Below the pieces are notes generated by a model. It saw only the letters and a list, made by a program, of their open reading frames with translations. It was not told the origin of the DNA and made no database searches. The translations under genes were made by a program, and so were the position numbers. A stretch of 37,832 bases of DNA from the IMG/VR virus record IMGVR_UViG_3300036987_000262, positions 1 through 37,832 of that record, one strand, 5' to 3'. Source of the DNA: a virus. Lineage: Duplodnaviria; Caudoviricetes. Shown here piece by piece: positions 34,074 through 37,832 of this stretch. Numbering within the stretch: position 1 is the first letter of the stretch; each line of letters begins with the position of its first letter.

Positions 34074-35023
34074 ATAAGCTTGCTGCATTTGATATAAACG
34101 ATTTTCGCACTGCGCAGGAGCTTTCCTCCAGCGAGCCGGCTTCACTCAAGAGGACCATTGCAGAGCTCGAGGCCCGGATAATGGAGCAAGATTCACTCAT
34201 TGCCCTGCAAAATGAGGGTTTCGAGAACCTGGCCCACAGGCTCAGGCAGCGAGAGCGTGAGATAATCGAGATAAAGAAGATGCGCAGCAAGACAGACCAG
34301 GGGCTCAACAATTCAACTGAGATTTTCACGCTCGCTCTCGAAAAGGAGAAGCTGGAGAGGGCCAACAGGAACATGGAGGCCCTGATCGAAGAGTTCGAGG
34401 AAGGCTTCCGGTCTCTTCTCTCCGAGCAACGCCAGGGGCTGGATGAATGCCTGGAGGACCTGGAGAAGCTCCCGGTCACACCGGAGACGAAGAGCCTCTA
34501 CGCCCATGTAAAAAAGGAGTGGAAGGCCATAGAGACGGCCAAAAAACGCAATATTATAACACCAGTAAACGCCTTGAAACAATTGGCCGACCTGGAGAGA
34601 GCCGTTGTAACATTCATCTTAGGCAGGCCCAAGCTGAGCCTGACCACCGCAGAGGTGTTTCGGGCCGAGATTCTCCTGTACGCATTCAAAACCGATCGCA
34701 AATTGAAACAGCTTACCACTAACGATTCCATAAGGATCATCTCGACAAGAGAGGAAAAGAAGATCCACCAGAAGCAGGCCCTGCGAGCCATGCGCCGGGC
34801 CGCCTTCTTGTTTCCTGATAAGGTCAATTTTGAGAAGAAGGGCAAGGCTGCCAGGCTCATCAAAGTTGGAGATGGTATTGGCACGAATTCAGCCAGCCGA
34901 TGCATAATGACAGTTTGTCACATGATTTGCCTTTGTGACAGTTTGTCACAGTCCTTCGGCGAGGTGTCGGAAGGAGTGATTTGTACATTAGGGGGAATCT
35001 TCAGGGATACAGTGGCCTTTTGA
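34070..35023 (+). CDS. Coiled-coil plus C-terminal helix-turn-helix-like protein; candidate replication / origin-binding protein
   Basis: 317 aa; long heptad region; C-terminal domain similar to 35992-36708 (A.RAM..A..LFP); palindromic repeats at its 3' end. Confidence 0.6.
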   Translation: MNKLAAFDINDFRTAQELSSSEPASLKRTIAELEARIMEQDSLIALQNEGFENLAHRLRQREREIIEIKKMRSKTDQGLNNSTEIFTLALEKEKLERANRNMEALIEEFEEGFRSLLSEQRQGLDECLEDLEKLPVTPETKSLYAHVKKEWKAIETAKKRNIITPVNALKQLADLERAVVTFILGRPKLSLTTAEVFRAEILLYAFKTDRKLKQLTTNDSIRIISTREEKKIHQKQALRAMRRAAFLFPDKVNFEKKGKAARLIKVGDGIGTNSASRCIMTVCHMICLCDSLSQSFGEVSEGVICTLGGIFRDTVAF

Positions 35024-35150
35024 GATAAATTAATCCGGAAATATGGCATGTAACAGGATGTTATGTTAGTTTACGGTTTATTTGTCTCGGGGTTTTAGGT
35101 CGGGGAGTCTGAGGGGTCTAGAGAGAAACGGGGTTGTGACAAGTTGTCAC
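34907..35150. repeat. Three GTGACA-N3-TGTCAC palindromes (candidate iterons/operators)
   Basis: 34907-34921 (one mismatch), 34935-34949 and 35136-35150. Confidence 0.8.
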
Positions 35151-35479
35151 GAAGGATGATATGACGCAAGGAAAATCCGGGTCGATGCATTCATCGTCAA
35201 TCGGCTTGCTACAAAACAGGACCAATTATTTCCCAAGAGCCTTAAGATATTCTCGCGAATTACTGAGCCCTCATGTTGAGGTCAACATTCTTTAACTAAA
35301 CTAGGTACTATATTAAAATTTGTTAATTTTAAATCCATAGAGCCCAATTGTAAGCTACGGATACGTATTAACACATACCGAGTAATCTATATTTATATAA
35401 TAAATAAGTTTTATATTACAGTACTTTATATTCATTTTAGAAATAAACTTAAATATGACAGAAAAATACATTGTAATAC

Positions 35480-35644
35480 ATGGGCGAAGGGAAGACATCC
35501 GTTTGTGCGAGGATGGATGACGAGTTAGTCGACTGGATGGATCAACAAATTGAAGTGAAGAGATTCAGTACTAGAACCCATGCCCTTAACTACGCTATGT
35601 ATGCACTAAAACAAGCAGAAACCGCTAAAAACCTCATAAAATAG
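35480..35644 (+). CDS. CopG/RHH-type transcriptional regulator (54 aa)
   Basis: Hand translation MGEGKTSVCARMDDELVDWMDQQIEVKRFSTRTHALNYAM...; TATA-like CTTAAATA about 30 nt upstream. Confidence 0.75.
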   Translation: MGEGKTSVCARMDDELVDWMDQQIEVKRFSTRTHALNYAMYALKQAETAKNLIK

Positions 35645-35730
35645 GATGGGATCTAAGAGAAAAATAAAGAAATACTGCTCAGTCTAGGGCTGGCACCCTG
35701 GGCCGAACAACACATTAAGGAATTAGACTT

Positions 35731-35895
35731 ATGATAGACGTAGCTATTGCTAGAATATATAATTTTGCATCGGGAGTGCAAAAGCAGAGGCCATTAGAGG
35801 ATATTCCCGATAAACTTAGCTCGATACATCCCGAACACGCTCATCAACGCATTTTCAGAAAATCAATCCCCCCGAGAGAGGATATTATATTTTAG
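35731..35895 (+). CDS. Small hypothetical protein (54 aa, MIDVAIARIYNF...)
   Basis: N-terminus similar to that of the 35992 gene (MTEIALARINTF). Confidence 0.45.
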   Translation: MIDVAIARIYNFASGVQKQRPLEDIPDKLSSIHPEHAHQRIFRKSIPPREDIIF

Positions 35896-35991
35896 TATAT
35901 AATAGTAGTAAATAATAGTTGAAAAACTAGGTCCAGTCCAGGGTTGCCGCCCTGGACAGGAATACTCCATGGGACACAGGAGCTTTACCTT

Positions 35992-36708
35992 ATGACAGAA
36001 ATAGCCTTAGCTAGGATAAATACCTTTGGGCCTTCGCCCAAAGCCGATTTTGTACCGCCAGATGATCCTATTGTTGAAATCCCTGCCTCGGAGCTGCAGG
36101 CCCTCTATAACTCCTCGGTGGCCTTATTCAATGATATCTTGGACATTGCCAGGGAGGAGCGGCTACTAGACAAGAAAGATTCCGCCGAAATGCTAATCAA
36201 TGCTCAAAACACTATTAAAAACGAAAAATCGCCTATTCAGAAGCTTATTTTGCTCAATCTATTCATACAAAGAGCTTTCAAGCCCATCCGAGAGGCCATA
36301 GGCAGAAGGCCTGCCGCCAATGCCACAGAAAAAATAATTCAGGCATCCACAAAAATCAAGCTCCGGGCCATGATGCTTTTTGAGCACGTAAAGACCATCG
36401 CGAAGGGTGAGAATAGAAAGAAAGATTTTGCGTTTAGCTCTCCAGATGTCCGCACCTTCCTGGCGGGCAAAGAAGGCCAGGCTCCTAGCCGACGTGATGC
36501 TATTAGGGCAATGGAGAAAGCAGAAAGTCTTTTCCCAGCTCTGCGATGCGAACATACCCCTAACGATGGCCGCCAGACTATGCGCATTATTGCCAAGGTT
36601 GATGATTTAGATGGTTGCAATATTATAGAAAAAGGCGGTGAACGTAACAAATGGCAACGGTTCAAAATGACTGAGGTACTGCCCTTTATGAACCATAATA
36701 TGAGTTGA
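35992..36708 (+). CDS. Hypothetical DNA-binding protein, paralogous in its C-terminal domain to 34070-35023
   Basis: RA..L......K....S.D......KE......AIRAM.KA..LFP; AGGAG SD before the ATG at 35992. Confidence 0.7.
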   Translation: MTEIALARINTFGPSPKADFVPPDDPIVEIPASELQALYNSSVALFNDILDIAREERLLDKKDSAEMLINAQNTIKNEKSPIQKLILLNLFIQRAFKPIREAIGRRPAANATEKIIQASTKIKLRAMMLFEHVKTIAKGENRKKDFAFSSPDVRTFLAGKEGQAPSRRDAIRAMEKAESLFPALRCEHTPNDGRQTMRIIAKVDDLDGCNIIEKGGERNKWQRFKMTEVLPFMNHNMS

Positions 36709-37111
36709 AGAGATAAGTAGTGCACTGAAATTCACATAAAAAATATAAAATTATTATGTATATAATTATGCTTGATGCTTGCTTTAGTTGATCTGCTACT
36801 ACCGTTTCGGTTTCGTTTCTATTATAATAGCAAGCAAATATTATTTCCTTGGACGGATAGATATCCTCTTCAGACCGTTGCCAAAGGAAACGAAATACAC
36901 AATTTAAAAAAGTTTTTTATAGAACTTAAGATAATGATGATGACTCTCCTGCAAGGAAGATCAATAGCAGTAGGGCAAAAGAATCATATAGAACAGGCCA
37001 TACTTACCATCCCGCTTTTATGTAATTCGTCTTTTCCTTTTGTGTAAAAATGGTCTACTGCTATCTTTTTCCGGCCAAACTACTTATCTTCGCCGGGCCA
37101 ATAGACTTACT

Positions 37112-37357
37112 ATGGCAGGAGTTCTTGAGCGAATAATCGGTCCTCAAGCCCAGAGGCGGTTGGTAAAGCGTTCCGAAAGGTCTCCCTGGGTGGATCCCAA
37201 GGTACTGGAGCTCCAGACGGCCATGGAGATCCTGGCCGAGGTCTTTGGCATTCAAATCTCGGAGGTGGAGGAGATGCTCCGGCAGCGTGGCGAGGTGGAG
37301 GTCCAATCATGCAGCGAGGAAAGTGCGCTTTGGCCGGAGAGTTTCTGTCTGGAGTGA
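37112..37357 (+). CDS. Hypothetical protein (81 aa)
   Basis: GC-rich coding-like stretch beginning at the ATG at 37112. Confidence 0.6.
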   Translation: MAGVLERIIGPQAQRRLVKRSERSPWVDPKVLELQTAMEILAEVFGIQISEVEEMLRQRGEVEVQSCSEESALWPESFCLE

Positions 37358-37387
37358 ATGCTTATTTCTCAGATTACGATATGACCT

Positions 37388-37832
37388 CTACATTTCTTCA
37401 ATCTCTTTTTCGATCCTCTCAAATAGCTCAGGATATTTCTCCTTAAATGCGGCTTCCAGAGTTTCGCTCACTTCTTTGCTCATTGAGAACCTGGCTGTTG
37501 TGAGTTGCAAGTAGCGCAAAGTTGACATTACAAGAGTCGACCAGGTAGAGATCCTAGGGCTCTGTAGTCCCTCAGCAATGGCCTGTTCGAGAATTTCCTG
37601 GTCGACCGTTTCTATCATCTGCTTGTTCTTAATTACAGGAGAGCGTTGCCTGTTCTTGAGGCCTCTGACCCCAGATTTCTTTCGCTCTTTCTCCTTTTCA
37701 CTTGGAGTAATTACTTCCGGTTTCTTACTAACTACTTCTGACTCATTAGTAATTACTTCCGGCTTCTTACTAACTACTTCTGACTCATTAGTAATTACTT
37801 CCGGCTTCTTACTAACTACTTCTGACTCATTA
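37388..37832 (-). CDS. 5'-truncated protein with NESEVVSKKPEVIT repeats and a C-terminal RHH-like domain; candidate partition (ParA-partner) protein
   Basis: The frame of the 37388-37618 track ORF stays open to the window edge. Confidence 0.6.
   Translation of the reverse strand, partial: NESEVVSKKPEVITNESEVVSKKPEVITNESEVVSKKPEVITPSEKEKERKKSGVRGLKNRQRSPVIKNKQMIETVDQEILEQAIAEGLQSPRISTWSTLVMSTLRYLQLTTARFSMSKEVSETLEAAFKEKYPELFERIEKEIEEM
37706..37832. repeat. At least 3 x 42-bp tandem repeat, each containing the palindrome AGTAATTACT
   Basis: Units at 37706, 37748 and 37790 differ by one substitution; the array runs off the window edge. Confidence 0.95.

Noticed and set aside
31670-35190. 14-bp inverted match ATGCATCGACCCGG (31670-31683) / CCGGGTCGATGCAT (35177-35190) as invertible-segment ends
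   Set aside because: A few 14-mer matches are expected by chance in 38 kb, the match does not extend, and there is no invertase.
37706-37832. CRISPR array
   Set aside because: The units are contiguous, essentially identical and in-frame, with no unique spacers and no cas genes.
1-37832. Integrase, att-associated tRNA, rRNA or IS transposase
   Set aside because: No ORF with tyrosine/serine recombinase or DDE transposase motifs, and no tRNA or rRNA-like sequence was recognised.

Overview
This window is most of a head-tail-type (Caudoviricetes-like) archaeal virus or provirus. The host is probably a Methanothrix/Methanosarcinales methanogen, inferred from TATA/BRE promoters, GGAGGTGA Shine-Dalgarno (SD) sites and the protein style. 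Layout from left to right: (1) 1-4.7 kb, two secreted cysteine-protease-fold genes, host or cargo. (2) 4.7-12.3 kb, an accessory/early region with ArdC, SWIM, ASCH and small Zn proteins. It includes a ~1.1 kb tandem duplication in which an RHH regulator head and its operator differ together between copies, and each copy sits behind a ~300 bp hairpin-rich element. (3) 12.4-31.4 kb, a minus-strand morphogenesis operon: TerS, TerL split into two genes, portal, minor capsid, scaffold, major capsid, adaptor, fibre/kelch block, stopper, terminator fused to Ig-like domains, and hub. It has no recognisable tail tube or tape measure and ends in a 1005-aa acidic protein whose repeats and cysteines are mirror-symmetric about a central turn, followed by a small, very basic protein. 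(4) 31.4-37.8 kb, regulatory, putative replication and putative partition genes. I see no integrase, tRNA, rRNA, CRISPR array or reverse transcriptase. All functional calls come from recognising motifs by eye; no database searches were run.
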